A DNA stretch of 30,857 nt, taken from the IMG/VR virus record IMGVR_UViG_3300011334_000236, positions 1 through 30,857 of that record, one strand, 5' to 3'. Both the position numbers and the translations under genes were made by a program. This document shows positions 1 to 7,871 of the stretch, piece after piece. Source of the stretch: a virus (lineage: Duplodnaviria > Caudoviricetes). The notes below the pieces were generated by a model. That model was not told the origin of the DNA and searched no databases. It saw nothing but the letters and a program-made list of their open reading frames with translations. Position 1 is the stretch's first letter; each line of letters opens with the position of its first letter.

Positions 1-127
1 ATCCATTTGTACCACAAAAAGGAGCGGAAGGTGTTGCTCCAATTAACACACCCTCACGAGGTTCACTTAAATACTCATAAAAAATGGCACTACAACCCGA
101 AGTTCTACTCATTGACGAAAACTACAT
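1..127. repeat. Terminal direct repeat, copy 1 (circular assembly overlap)
   Basis: 1-127 is identical to 30731-30857. The portal ORF end and the adaptor ORF start read continuously across the join. Confidence 0.97.
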
Positions 128-656
128 AAAAAAATATACATGGATTAACGGCTCGGTTGATCCCTTGCTTCTTTATCCTGCTATCTATTTGTCGCAAGAC
201 AAGTACGCACAATTATATCTTGGAACTGATTTGTACAACCGCATCAAAGAAGATGTTGTGAACGATGATATTACAGGCGCATACGCAACCCTTCTTGACA
301 ATTACTTGCGTCGCATGATAATGTGGTGGACGATGTACGAAGTGTTGCCGCATTTGTACGTTAAAACGGACAACGGAAGTCTTGTTATTCGTACAAGCGA
401 AGATACTCAACCTATCTCACAAACCGATTTGCAGAACTATCGCGACCAAGCAAGACAACAAGCTATGTTTTACACTCAGCGTATGGTTGATTATTTGTGT
501 CATAACTCAAGCGACTTTCCTGAGTACATGACAAACACAACAAATCAGATTTGGTCGCAAACAAATGTTTATCCGTCTAACGCTTTTGAGATTAGTTCTG
601 GACGTGATAGACAACCATACGAATATAGAAGACCAGGACTTGGGTGGTTTAGATAA
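84..656 (+). CDS. Probable head-tail adaptor/connector protein
   Basis: 190 aa, helical, directly follows the portal on the circle, A-rich start. Function inferred from position. Confidence 0.55.
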   Translation: MALQPEVLLIDENYIKKYTWINGSVDPLLLYPAIYLSQDKYAQLYLGTDLYNRIKEDVVNDDITGAYATLLDNYLRRMIMWWTMYEVLPHLYVKTDNGSLVIRTSEDTQPISQTDLQNYRDQARQQAMFYTQRMVDYLCHNSSDFPEYMTNTTNQIWSQTNVYPSNAFEISSGRDRQPYEYRRPGLGWFR

Positions 657-671
657 CGAATAAAAAAACAC

Positions 672-788
672 ATGGCTACAAGGGGACGCAAGAAAGACAT
701 GGTTAAGCAAAAGATTTACGAGGAGAAATTCCGTAAGTATTTAATTCGAAAAGAGAAACAAATAAAAAGATTGGTGAATGAAAGTTAA
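672..788 (+). CDS. Small basic protein, 38 aa (MATRGRKKDMVKQKIYEEKFRKYLIRKEKQIKRLVNES)
   Basis: Translated by hand, not in ORF track. A-rich leader, fills the gap and overlaps the endolysin start. Confidence 0.6.
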   Translation: MATRGRKKDMVKQKIYEEKFRKYLIRKEKQIKRLVNES

Positions 789-1224
789 CGCAGAAGGATA
801 CGCTCTAATTAAGCGTTTTGAAGGTTGTAGATTGAAAGCGTATAAGTGTCCTGCTAACGTGTGGACTATTGGCTTTGGAAATACTTTCTACGAGAATGGC
901 GACAAGGTGAAAGAAGGCGACGTAATCACTCAGCAACGTGCTGACGAGTTGGCGAAGTTTATTATTGACCAGTTCGCCGTTTCAATCACTCCATTTATTT
1001 TGAAACCACTCAACGAAAACCAATTTAGTGCGTGTGTTTCGTTAGCTTACAACATCGGTACAGGTGGCTTCAAACGTTCTTCTGTATTCAAGAAATTAAA
1101 CGTCAATCCAACAGACGCAACGATAGCCGATTCATTCCGTTTGTGGAACAAGGGTGGTGGTAAAGTGTTAAAGGGTTTGGTTACACGCAGAGAGGCAGAA
1201 ATACAACTATACTTTAAGTCATGA
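778..1224 (+). CDS. Endolysin, GH24 phage lysozyme
   Basis: FEGCRLKAYKCPANVWTIGFG (E-x8-C-x5-T triad), NQFSACVSLAYNIG, WNKGGGKVLKGLVTRREAE. Confidence 0.95.
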   Translation: MKVNAEGYALIKRFEGCRLKAYKCPANVWTIGFGNTFYENGDKVKEGDVITQQRADELAKFIIDQFAVSITPFILKPLNENQFSACVSLAYNIGTGGFKRSSVFKKLNVNPTDATIADSFRLWNKGGGKVLKGLVTRREAEIQLYFKS

Positions 1225-1469
1225 ACACCGAAAACGAGATTGCTTTGATACACGAGGAATTGCAGAATATGAATAAGAAGATAGACCGTATCTATCACGT
1301 CTTAATCGGTGATGACGAAATGAAGATTGAAGGTCTTGTGAGCAAGGTTCAAAAGCACGACAAGTATATTCAGAATCAAAGGTTGCAGGTCGCTCGTTTT
1401 AGTGGTATTGCAACTGCTGCTGGTGTCGTTGGTGGTCTTATTGTTCAACTTGTCCTGCGTCTAATATGA
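1221..1469 (+). CDS. Coiled-coil protein with C-terminal TM helix (lysis cassette, holin/antiholin-like)
   Basis: ATGA-coupled to the endolysin. Hydrophobic C-terminus FSGIATAAGVVGGLIVQLVLRLI. Confidence 0.55.
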   Translation: MNTENEIALIHEELQNMNKKIDRIYHVLIGDDEMKIEGLVSKVQKHDKYIQNQRLQVARFSGIATAAGVVGGLIVQLVLRLI

Positions 1470-1729
1470 AAGAATGGTTAATATCTTTGTTAAGTTCGTG
1501 TTCAAAAGTTAGTTCGAAACGAATTGTTGCTATATTTGTTACAATTAACCTAATTGCTTTCACCTATGTTGCGACTTTTACAATCTACGTTTGTCCCATT
1601 GCAATGTTTGACACATTAGCATTGTTGACCGCAGGGTTGTTTGGTGGTACTGTAATTGAGAGATTCACAAAACAAGCAAAGAATGGCATCACAGACGGAA
1701 GCGAGAAAAATAGCAGCGGAGATTTGTAG
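1466..1729 (+). CDS. Putative holin (2 TM)
   Basis: SSKR followed by two hydrophobic segments and a hydrophilic tail, within the lysis cassette. Confidence 0.65.
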   Translation: MKEWLISLLSSCSKVSSKRIVAIFVTINLIAFTYVATFTIYVCPIAMFDTLALLTAGLFGGTVIERFTKQAKNGITDGSEKNSSGDL

Positions 1730-2681
1730 TAAATTTCCCGACGCTCCTTCACATTCTTTAGCAACAAAACTATTCACGGAATATCCAGAAGCGTTTGAAA
1801 CGCAAGAACACGCACGCAATTACGTTCGTCGTGTTCGTGGTAAACACGGAGAGAAAAGTCGTAAATTTAACACACAAAAAGAATTAATGGACACAGCACC
1901 TCGACCTTCCAACCCATACGCACTTCCGAAGTCGTACGCTAAAAAGCGCAGACACGTTGAGGTGAAAGGAACAAAGTTCTTAATTCTTTGCGATGTTCAT
2001 ATTCCTTATCAGGACAATGAAGCGTTAACCGTTGCAATTAACGAAGGTGTTCGTCAAGGGTGTGACGCGGTGATTCTAAATGGTGACGCGTTAGACTGTC
2101 ACATGATTAGCGACTTCGTCAAAGATCCACGCAAAAGAAAATTCAAGGACGAGTTGTACGCAATGCGTCAGTTTGTAGATACGTTACGCAAACAATTCCC
2201 AACCGCTCACATCTACTACAAAGAAGGCAACCACGAGGAACGTTACTGGCGTTACATGAGAGTGAAAGCACCTGAGTTGTTCGACATTGATGCGTTCGAC
2301 TTTGCCTCGCTTTGTCATTTAGATAAACACAACATCACTTGGATTGACGGAAAGAGTAAACTGAATATCGGTAAACTTTCAATCTTTCACGGACATGAGT
2401 TCGGAAAGCAATTCCTTCCTTCTGTCAACGTAGCGCGTGGTTTGTTCATGAAGACGAAGGTGTCCGCGCTTTGCGGACATCATCACCAGACAGCAGAACA
2501 CAACGAGAGAGACGCTAACGGCAAGTTCATCACTTGTTGGGGTGTTGGTTGCTTATCTGAATTATCTCCTGACTACAACCCTTATTCAAAGTATAATCAT
2601 GGCTTCGCAATAGTTGAGAAAGGAACGAACGGAAATTATAGCGTCAAAAATTTAAGAATACACGAAGGTCAGATATTATGA
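1683..2681 (+). CDS. Calcineurin-like metallophosphoesterase with N-terminal helical domain
   Basis: Motifs DVH, GDALD, GNHE, HGH, GHHH all intact. ATG at 1683 preferred over TTG at 1656. Confidence 0.85.
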   Translation: MASQTEARKIAAEICSKFPDAPSHSLATKLFTEYPEAFETQEHARNYVRRVRGKHGEKSRKFNTQKELMDTAPRPSNPYALPKSYAKKRRHVEVKGTKFLILCDVHIPYQDNEALTVAINEGVRQGCDAVILNGDALDCHMISDFVKDPRKRKFKDELYAMRQFVDTLRKQFPTAHIYYKEGNHEERYWRYMRVKAPELFDIDAFDFASLCHLDKHNITWIDGKSKLNIGKLSIFHGHEFGKQFLPSVNVARGLFMKTKVSALCGHHHQTAEHNERDANGKFITCWGVGCLSELSPDYNPYSKYNHGFAIVEKGTNGNYSVKNLRIHEGQIL

Positions 2682-3253
2682 AAAGGAATATACTCGCAGC
2701 ATTACTGCTATTTATTGGAACGTCTTTGCTTTGGTTGGTGTTGTGTTGGAACTTATGGGGAAAGAAAGATGCAAAAGACACATATTCCATTGTTCAAAAA
2801 CAAGATAGCATCATAAACTACAATGCTGGCGAATACGACCGCCTACTTCAAGAACAAATTGAACTTTATAAACAACTCAGGACGTATGAAGATGCTCAAC
2901 TTACAGCCAAAACCACCTATCAAAGAACTCGTTCTGCTATTATTATTCGAGATACTGTTAATATTGTGGATGTTATCCGTTTGGTGAACAGTTGCGATAG
3001 CGTTATTGCTTCTGATTCGTTGGTAATTAACAATTTGAAGGAACAAATAAACATCGAAGAACAAAAGATTGACAACTTACAAGAAGTCGTTGAGGCTTAT
3101 GAACAGAAAGAAGATGTGTTGACCGAAGAAATTAACAATCTTGCTGCTGATAAAAAGAAATTAGAGAAACAAAAAAAGCGCAGAAACCACGCTTTAGTCG
3201 TTACGTCAACCGTCGCTATTTTGTCGACGTTTGTTCTTTCAATTTTACTTTAG
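2678..3253 (+). CDS. Spanin-like membrane protein (N-terminal signal/TM, coiled coil, C-terminal TM)
   Basis: Hydrophobic N-terminus ending LWLVLC, long coiled coil, then KKQKKRRN and a C-terminal TM. Last gene of the lysis cassette. Confidence 0.5.
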   Translation: MKRNILAALLLFIGTSLLWLVLCWNLWGKKDAKDTYSIVQKQDSIINYNAGEYDRLLQEQIELYKQLRTYEDAQLTAKTTYQRTRSAIIIRDTVNIVDVIRLVNSCDSVIASDSLVINNLKEQINIEEQKIDNLQEVVEAYEQKEDVLTEEINNLAADKKKLEKQKKRRNHALVVTSTVAILSTFVLSILL

Positions 3254-3401
3254 ATTCAGGAATATAGAACTTCATTGAGAACTGGATTGCTTCGCTCAAA
3301 AAAGTGTTGCGACTATTCTCACCTCTTTTTTCGTCTATCTCGTTCCAAAGGTCTTTGTGTAAGTACACGCAGATACCTTTCTTAGTTTTGCTCTGCGCCA
3401 T
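3216..3401 (-). CDS. Ribbon-helix-helix (CopG/Arc-like) DNA-binding protein
   Basis: GICVYLHKDLWNEIDEKRGENSRNTFLSEAI fits the beta-alpha-alpha RHH pattern. Confidence 0.7.
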   Translation of the reverse strand: MAQSKTKKGICVYLHKDLWNEIDEKRGENSRNTFLSEAIQFSMKFYIPESKVKLKEQTSTK

Positions 3402-3606
3402 CTATTGTTTGTTTAGACATCATTGAACCTATCATAAGCGCTAAGTAGATTTTCTCTTTCGCGTTCATGTCCTTTCGTTGTGAAAGTTCAAGGAGAATAT
3501 CTCCGAGAATCTTTCCTTGCTGGAAGTAGGTTGCTATTGAGTTGACTATTTCGCGTTCTCTGTCGTGAGTCATTTTCAAAGACTCGTAAAGTGGTGTTTG
3601 TTTCAT
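3382..3606 (-). CDS. Hypothetical protein
   Basis: 74 aa ORF tiling the operon, with a promoter-like box just upstream. Confidence 0.7.
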   Translation of the reverse strand: MKQTPLYESLKMTHDREREIVNSIATYFQQGKILGDILLELSQRKDMNAKEKIYLALMIGSMMSKQTIDGAEQN

Positions 3607-3610
3607 TATG

Positions 3611-3618
3611 CTAATATA
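3611..3618 (-). promoter_or_regulatory. Bacteroidota -7-like box TATATTAG, 4 nt before ATG (possible leaderless transcript)
   Basis: Minus strand reads TATATTAG-cata-ATG. Same geometry as at 5499-5506. Confidence 0.5.
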
Positions 3619-3629
3619 TTTATTTATTT

Positions 3630-4931
3630 TTAACCTACAACATACTGTCCATAACTTGGATTAAGTTCGAAATACATTCGCATCATGATTGCGTCGGCAA
3701 CGTCAGGTGAAATACCTTCGCGGTTCTTGATTACGTCCTTCGGTGTAACCATAAGTTTTCCTTCCACGTCCGCGCGGTGTCGCTTAATCATTTCTAACTC
3801 TTTCACGATTTGTTCCTTGCGTCCGTTCACTAAAATAGTGAGCTTATTTTCCTCAACATATTGAGCCAATTTATAGTAACACTCGCTTTTGAGATTTTGG
3901 TATTGTGGTTGTTTGGGTTTAGATCCATTGACGAACCCCCGACATTTAAGAAAATCAACCACTCCACCACCAACACCGTCTTCATCTGCGACCACATCCT
4001 GTAACAAAATTGAGTGTTCTTTTGTTACGAGGCGAATCTTGTTCACGACCTCATCTAACGACGCTCTGCTCAACTCAATTATGTCAATGATAGTTAACCC
4101 GTGCCAAACGCAGATAATTGTTCTATCCTTTCCAAAACGCGCGATGTCAGCGGTGATATATTTCTTTCCTTCAATTAATTCATTGCGGAACATACGCAGT
4201 AGGTTATCGGTTGAGAACAACTTGTCGGAGTCGTCGTCAAACTCCCAGTTCCCTTCTAAAAGTCTTTTGCGGTCATACTCTGGAAGTTTCTGTAAGTTTT
4301 CAAGATAAGTCTGCGAGATATACGGGTTGTCCGTTGGAAGTGCTTGCACAAAGGCGCGGTCACTTCTTAAATTTCCTTTTTGGTGAGCAAAATAAAAGTC
4401 ATTATACAACCACCCCTTTGAAGGGTTACAAGTCATTAATCCCTTTGCTCTGTCATTAATCAATTTGTAACGTACACGCGACTGCAATATATCGATACAA
4501 CGCTTCGAAACTTCGGCTACCTCGTCAACGAAGTAGTCTGTGATTTCAATCGACCCAAATCTCTGAAAATCGGGATCTGAGGGCATATCTGCCAAATCCA
4601 TAAGTATCGTTTGGCTTCCGTTATACCACTTAATAACGTGGTCTTGTCCATTGTAGGTATAATGAACGTTCGGTTTTAGTCCGTGAAGCGTACAAAGTTC
4701 GAAGAAAGTTTGCATTGTAGATAAGCGTAACTTCTTTAATTCAGCACGACCGATTAAACCCTTCGTGCCAGGGTACTTCAACCGTCTTTTTATTTGCCAG
4801 TCGCAACCTAAAAAAGATTTTCCGCTGAATACACCGCCACCATAAAGAACCTGCGAAATAGGACTTTCATACGAAAGAAGTTCTAACGCTTGCTTTTGTT
4901 TGTCGTGGTAAATTATTTCACGTGCTTCCAT
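3630..4931 (-). CDS. terL: Terminase large subunit (with replacement N-terminus)
   Basis: Walker A GGVFSGKS, Walker B YFVDE, coupling motif TCNP, nuclease motifs ADIARFGKD and SPDVADA. Confidence 0.93.
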   Translation of the reverse strand: MEAREIIYHDKQKQALELLSYESPISQVLYGGGVFSGKSFLGCDWQIKRRLKYPGTKGLIGRAELKKLRLSTMQTFFELCTLHGLKPNVHYTYNGQDHVIKWYNGSQTILMDLADMPSDPDFQRFGSIEITDYFVDEVAEVSKRCIDILQSRVRYKLINDRAKGLMTCNPSKGWLYNDFYFAHQKGNLRSDRAFVQALPTDNPYISQTYLENLQKLPEYDRKRLLEGNWEFDDDSDKLFSTDNLLRMFRNELIEGKKYITADIARFGKDRTIICVWHGLTIIDIIELSRASLDEVVNKIRLVTKEHSILLQDVVADEDGVGGGVVDFLKCRGFVNGSKPKQPQYQNLKSECYYKLAQYVEENKLTILVNGRKEQIVKELEMIKRHRADVEGKLMVTPKDVIKNREGISPDVADAIMMRMYFELNPSYGQYVVG

Positions 4932-5494
4932 GACTTCTTCAAAATTATATCCTTAATTGTGGCTGCGGCAACACCGTATTCTTTGCCTAACATTTCACGC
5001 GTATAAACACGCGGTTTAAATTTCTCGCGTATCTCAACAATATCTTTTTCAGTTAGCTTTGAAGTTCCAATTTCTTCACCTTTTACAAAGTTTGTGCATA
5101 TTGGTTTCTTAATCCTTCCTGCGTTGTAAGAATGCAACGTGTTTTCCTTTGGTGTAACCCACTCCAAATTCTCTACTCGATTATCGTCGCGGTTAAAATT
5201 TATGTGATTGACTTGAATTTTATTTTCATTGTTTTCAATCCACGTTTGAGCAACAACTCGGTGTATTTTGATTGTTGAAAATTTTCCATTTATTAAAAGC
5301 ATTGTGCGATAATAACCTTTCGCATCTTTCGCAGGTTTCATTATTGAAGGTTTGCTTCCGCCTTTATATCCAGTTGTGAGCAAACGTCCTTCGTTACTAA
5401 TCAAATAACGGTTGTTTGTATTTGCAACATACCTCCAAAGTTCATTCGGCAATTCTTCAATGCAAATGTTTAGTTCCTTAAGTGTGTAATTCAT
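4913..5494 (-). CDS. NUMOD4-HNH homing endonuclease with C-terminal HTH
   Basis: NUMOD4 ELWRYVANTNNRYLISNEGRL, HNH HRVVAQTWI...VNHINFNRDDNRVENLEWVTPKEN. ATG at 5494 preferred over TTG at 5542. Confidence 0.92.
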   Translation of the reverse strand: MNYTLKELNICIEELPNELWRYVANTNNRYLISNEGRLLTTGYKGGSKPSIMKPAKDAKGYYRTMLLINGKFSTIKIHRVVAQTWIENNENKIQVNHINFNRDDNRVENLEWVTPKENTLHSYNAGRIKKPICTNFVKGEEIGTSKLTEKDIVEIREKFKPRVYTREMLGKEYGVAAATIKDIILKKSWKHVK

Positions 5495-5498
5495 ACCA

Positions 5499-5506
5499 CT
5501 AATATA
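5499..5506 (-). promoter_or_regulatory. -7-like box TATATTAG in front of the HNH gene
   Basis: Minus strand reads TATATTAG-tggt-ATG. Confidence 0.5.
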
Positions 5507-5529
5507 CACTTTTATTCTTTGGGTGTAAC

Positions 5530-5661
5530 CTACAAAGTACAAAAGATATTCACAGCCCCTGCCGCGCCACCGTATAACAACTGTTCAACGATACTATCGG
5601 TGTTCAGAAAGTTCAACGCTTCAATCTGACGCGGCAGGTATGTTGGTTTATAGGGTGTCAA
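5530..5661 (-). pseudogene. terL: Orphaned original terL N-terminus (43 aa, MTPYKPTYLPRQIEALNFLNTDSIVEQLLYGGAAG|AVNIFCTL)
   Basis: Translated by hand. The TTG start overlaps the upstream TGA. Aligns gap-free with the current terL N-terminus and breaks inside Walker A. Confidence 0.85.
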
Positions 5662-6005
5662 AATAATGATAATTGATTTTCTACAACTGGGTGAAGTTCG
5701 TCTTGAAGAATCTGAATAATACGATCGTATTTCTTCAAGTCATTGTTTTGCTTTACTTGGTGCAATAGCAATTCAAGACCTGCGTTGAACGCTTCGTCTT
5801 TCGTTGTGTATACGTTATGTTCAGCGTGGTAAATTAGCGGCTGCGACCAACCCTGCTCACGTCCTTGAAACCTTATTGCGTAACTCCACAAACCACGTTG
5901 AACAATAGCGGTACTAACCTGCGCTTCATATCCGTTAATGCACTTGTAAGTTTTCAAGATAGGATTCTCGCAGACACCTTGTTCGTTGTAAATGAACTGG
6001 CTCAT
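5658..6005 (-). CDS. Hypothetical protein (ends in QLSLF)
   Basis: 115 aa, ATGA-coupled. C-terminal QLSLF matches the beta-clamp-binding consensus QL[SD]LF. Confidence 0.75.
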   Translation of the reverse strand: MSQFIYNEQGVCENPILKTYKCINGYEAQVSTAIVQRGLWSYAIRFQGREQGWSQPLIYHAEHNVYTTKDEAFNAGLELLLHQVKQNNDLKKYDRIIQILQDELHPVVENQLSLF

Positions 6006-6757
6006 TGCTTTGACAAATAAAGTTTGTAAAGTTCTCTCATTCCTTCGAACCGTATTGATTCCTTCAACAACATTCTTTTGCGGTCGCTCATTCGGTCAAC
6101 CATTGACTGAACCAACTGTTGTTCGAAGTAGATGTTCTTCTTTGCGTTCGCTTTACAAAGGCGATATTCTTCTTCGGTGAAGGTGTCAGCGTTTATCTGT
6201 TTGCTTTCTTCGAGCCAACGCATAAGCGACACCGCACGAATCTCAATGACCGTGTACTTTCCTTTCTTAAAATTGTGCAAATCTTCCGCAAGCATCCTTC
6301 TCCAGCTGTCATCGTTTACCGCCATTTCGCTCTCCTTTAATTGTTTAGATTGTTCTTCTTTTGATTCCGCTATTTCTCTCTGAATTTGCAAGTTTGCCTT
6401 GTCGCGGTGTGGTTTGTAGTGCGTTAACACATCACCAATAAAAGACACACTCAACGCACCGAAGTGTTCGCATTTCTTTGACAGTTCATTCGCTGCGTTC
6501 AATTCGAAGGCGAGGTTGAAGTGTTCAAACGTAACCCACCGAAAGTTTTTGCCTATGAACTCGTGCAACATTTGAAGTAACTGCGCTTCTGGAAGGGCAA
6601 TACCATACATGGCGCACACCTTCGAGCAAAGTTTTACAAATGCAGGGAGTTCGTAGTCGGCAACAAATGCGCTTTCGCGCTCTGCACGATCAACCCTTTG
6701 TGTAATTGTGAGCGTCGTTGTAGATGCGTTGCGCAGCATCGGAGTCGAATTTTCCAT
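6002..6757 (-). CDS. Putative helicase-loader-like replication protein
   Basis: 251 aa helical protein directly after an initiator-like gene (lambda O-P-like order). Function inferred from position. Confidence 0.4.
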   Translation of the reverse strand: MENSTPMLRNASTTTLTITQRVDRAERESAFVADYELPAFVKLCSKVCAMYGIALPEAQLLQMLHEFIGKNFRWVTFEHFNLAFELNAANELSKKCEHFGALSVSFIGDVLTHYKPHRDKANLQIQREIAESKEEQSKQLKESEMAVNDDSWRRMLAEDLHNFKKGKYTVIEIRAVSLMRWLEESKQINADTFTEEEYRLCKANAKKNIYFEQQLVQSMVDRMSDRKRMLLKESIRFEGMRELYKLYLSKQ

Positions 6758-7112
6758 TTTTGATTTTAGTTTGTTGGTTTGTAGTTACAAAGGTAGACAA
6801 GTCCCATTTACGAACCGCTGCTTTCCAGTCTTTCATTTGATTGCGTCCGACCTTCCAACCATTCGCTTCGTAGTGTGCGTGGAATTTCTCGGTAAATTTA
6901 AGCGCGTCGTCGTTGCTTAATTTCTCACACGCGTAGTCGTAAATCTCAACGACCGTTGGTTTGACGAATTGCGCTTTCTTTTCCTTTGGTATAAGCGTTG
7001 GTGTTGTCTGATTAGATAACTTCGCAATTAGTTCAATCAGTTGATGTTCATGTTCCTGAACCTGCGCTTCGAGAATCTCAATTCTCTTTTTCAGTTGTAG
7101 TATTAGCATCAT
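6690..7112 (-). CDS. Replication-initiator C-terminal-domain protein with N-terminal coiled coil
   Basis: FVKPTVVEI...KFHAHYEANGWKVGRNQMKDWKAAVRKW is typical of phage replisome-organiser C-termini. Confidence 0.65.
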   Translation of the reverse strand: MMLILQLKKRIEILEAQVQEHEHQLIELIAKLSNQTTPTLIPKEKKAQFVKPTVVEIYDYACEKLSNDDALKFTEKFHAHYEANGWKVGRNQMKDWKAAVRKWDLSTFVTTNQQTKIKNGKFDSDAAQRIYNDAHNYTKG

Positions 7113-7125
7113 GTTTTATTTTTAG

Positions 7126-7329
7126 TTAGTCCCAACCTTCGCCTTTTGCGTCGTCGTCTGCGTCGTCCCAGTCTTGACAATCGAAACATACTTTAATTTC
7201 TCCCTCGTCGTCGACAAATTCGTAGGCGGTGTCCCAATCTTCAAGTTGTTGGTCACGCAAGATTTCGTCAACTCGTTCTGCGAGTTCTTTGCTTTCGCAG
7301 TTTGGACAGAATGTCAATTCACTTTTCAT
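7126..7329 (-). CDS. Small acidic Zn-finger protein
   Basis: CPNC...CFDC, strongly D/E-rich. Confidence 0.7.
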   Translation of the reverse strand: MKSELTFCPNCESKELAERVDEILRDQQLEDWDTAYEFVDDEGEIKVCFDCQDWDDADDDAKGEGWD

Positions 7330-7337
7330 AGTTTTAG

Positions 7338-7871
7338 TTATTTGATTTTAGATTTTCTTTTTGCGCTGAGTGTCTTTTGATGTTCAACGTGTTCGACAAA
7401 TTTAGTAAAAAAAGTCATAGGTTTAGCATAACCCATCTCATTTAGTATAAAACAAATGCGTTCAACGTTGCCTCGGTAGTATTTGTCCCACTCAACCTGA
7501 GCAGACGCTTGTTTGATTCCGTGCAGAATAGTAGCGTGGTCTTTCTTGTAACGGTCACCTACGTTTTGAAGCGAGAGAACGTAACAGGGACGAATGATAA
7601 AAAAAATGATTTGTCGTGCGTTTACTATCTCACGCTTCCTTGTCGGTGTGTATAGCGCTTGCGAAGGTACTCCCAAGACCGAACACGTTACATCTTCCAG
7701 AGCCGACCAAAACATATCTCGTTCGTTTTCCATTTGTTTCTGCATTTCTATTTGCTCACTCGTTAGACGTTCGTAGCGTGGTGTAATCATCGTCCACAAT
7801 AACTCGAAGCGTTCCATGTGTCTAAATGGTATCATGTCAAGCACTTCATTTCTTATCTGTTCGTTAGTCAT
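7338..7871 (-). CDS. DnaA C-terminal (domain IV) HTH-containing protein
   Basis: TRKREIVNARQI...SLQNVGDRYKKDHATILHG matches the DnaA domain IV signature (RDHTTVxH). No AAA+ domain. Confidence 0.85.
   Translation of the reverse strand: MTNEQIRNEVLDMIPFRHMERFELLWTMITPRYERLTSEQIEMQKQMENERDMFWSALEDVTCSVLGVPSQALYTPTRKREIVNARQIIFFIIRPCYVLSLQNVGDRYKKDHATILHGIKQASAQVEWDKYYRGNVERICFILNEMGYAKPMTFFTKFVEHVEHQKTLSAKRKSKIK

Larger units (their letters stand above)
4826..5555 (-). mobile_element. HNH cassette inserted in terL Walker A, carrying promoter, HNH and new terL 5' end
   Basis: Removing 4826-5555 in silico joins the orphan N-terminus to terL in frame and yields the canonical YGGAAGGGKSFLG. The true crossover could lie further into terL. 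Confidence 0.75.

Noticed and set aside
1-127. Biological terminal repeat
   Set aside because: 127 bp equals a common maximum assembler k-mer and cuts through coding sequence. Best read as a circularisation artefact.
778-870. Cys in place of the catalytic Asp in the lysozyme (SAR-type regulation)
   Set aside because: E-x8-C-x5-T is a known GH24 variant and there is no N-terminal SAR helix.
4826-5555. Group I intron or intein in terL
   Set aside because: Nearly all of the insert is coding, with only about 60 nt free for a ribozyme core. The HNH has its own stop and no intein terminal motifs.
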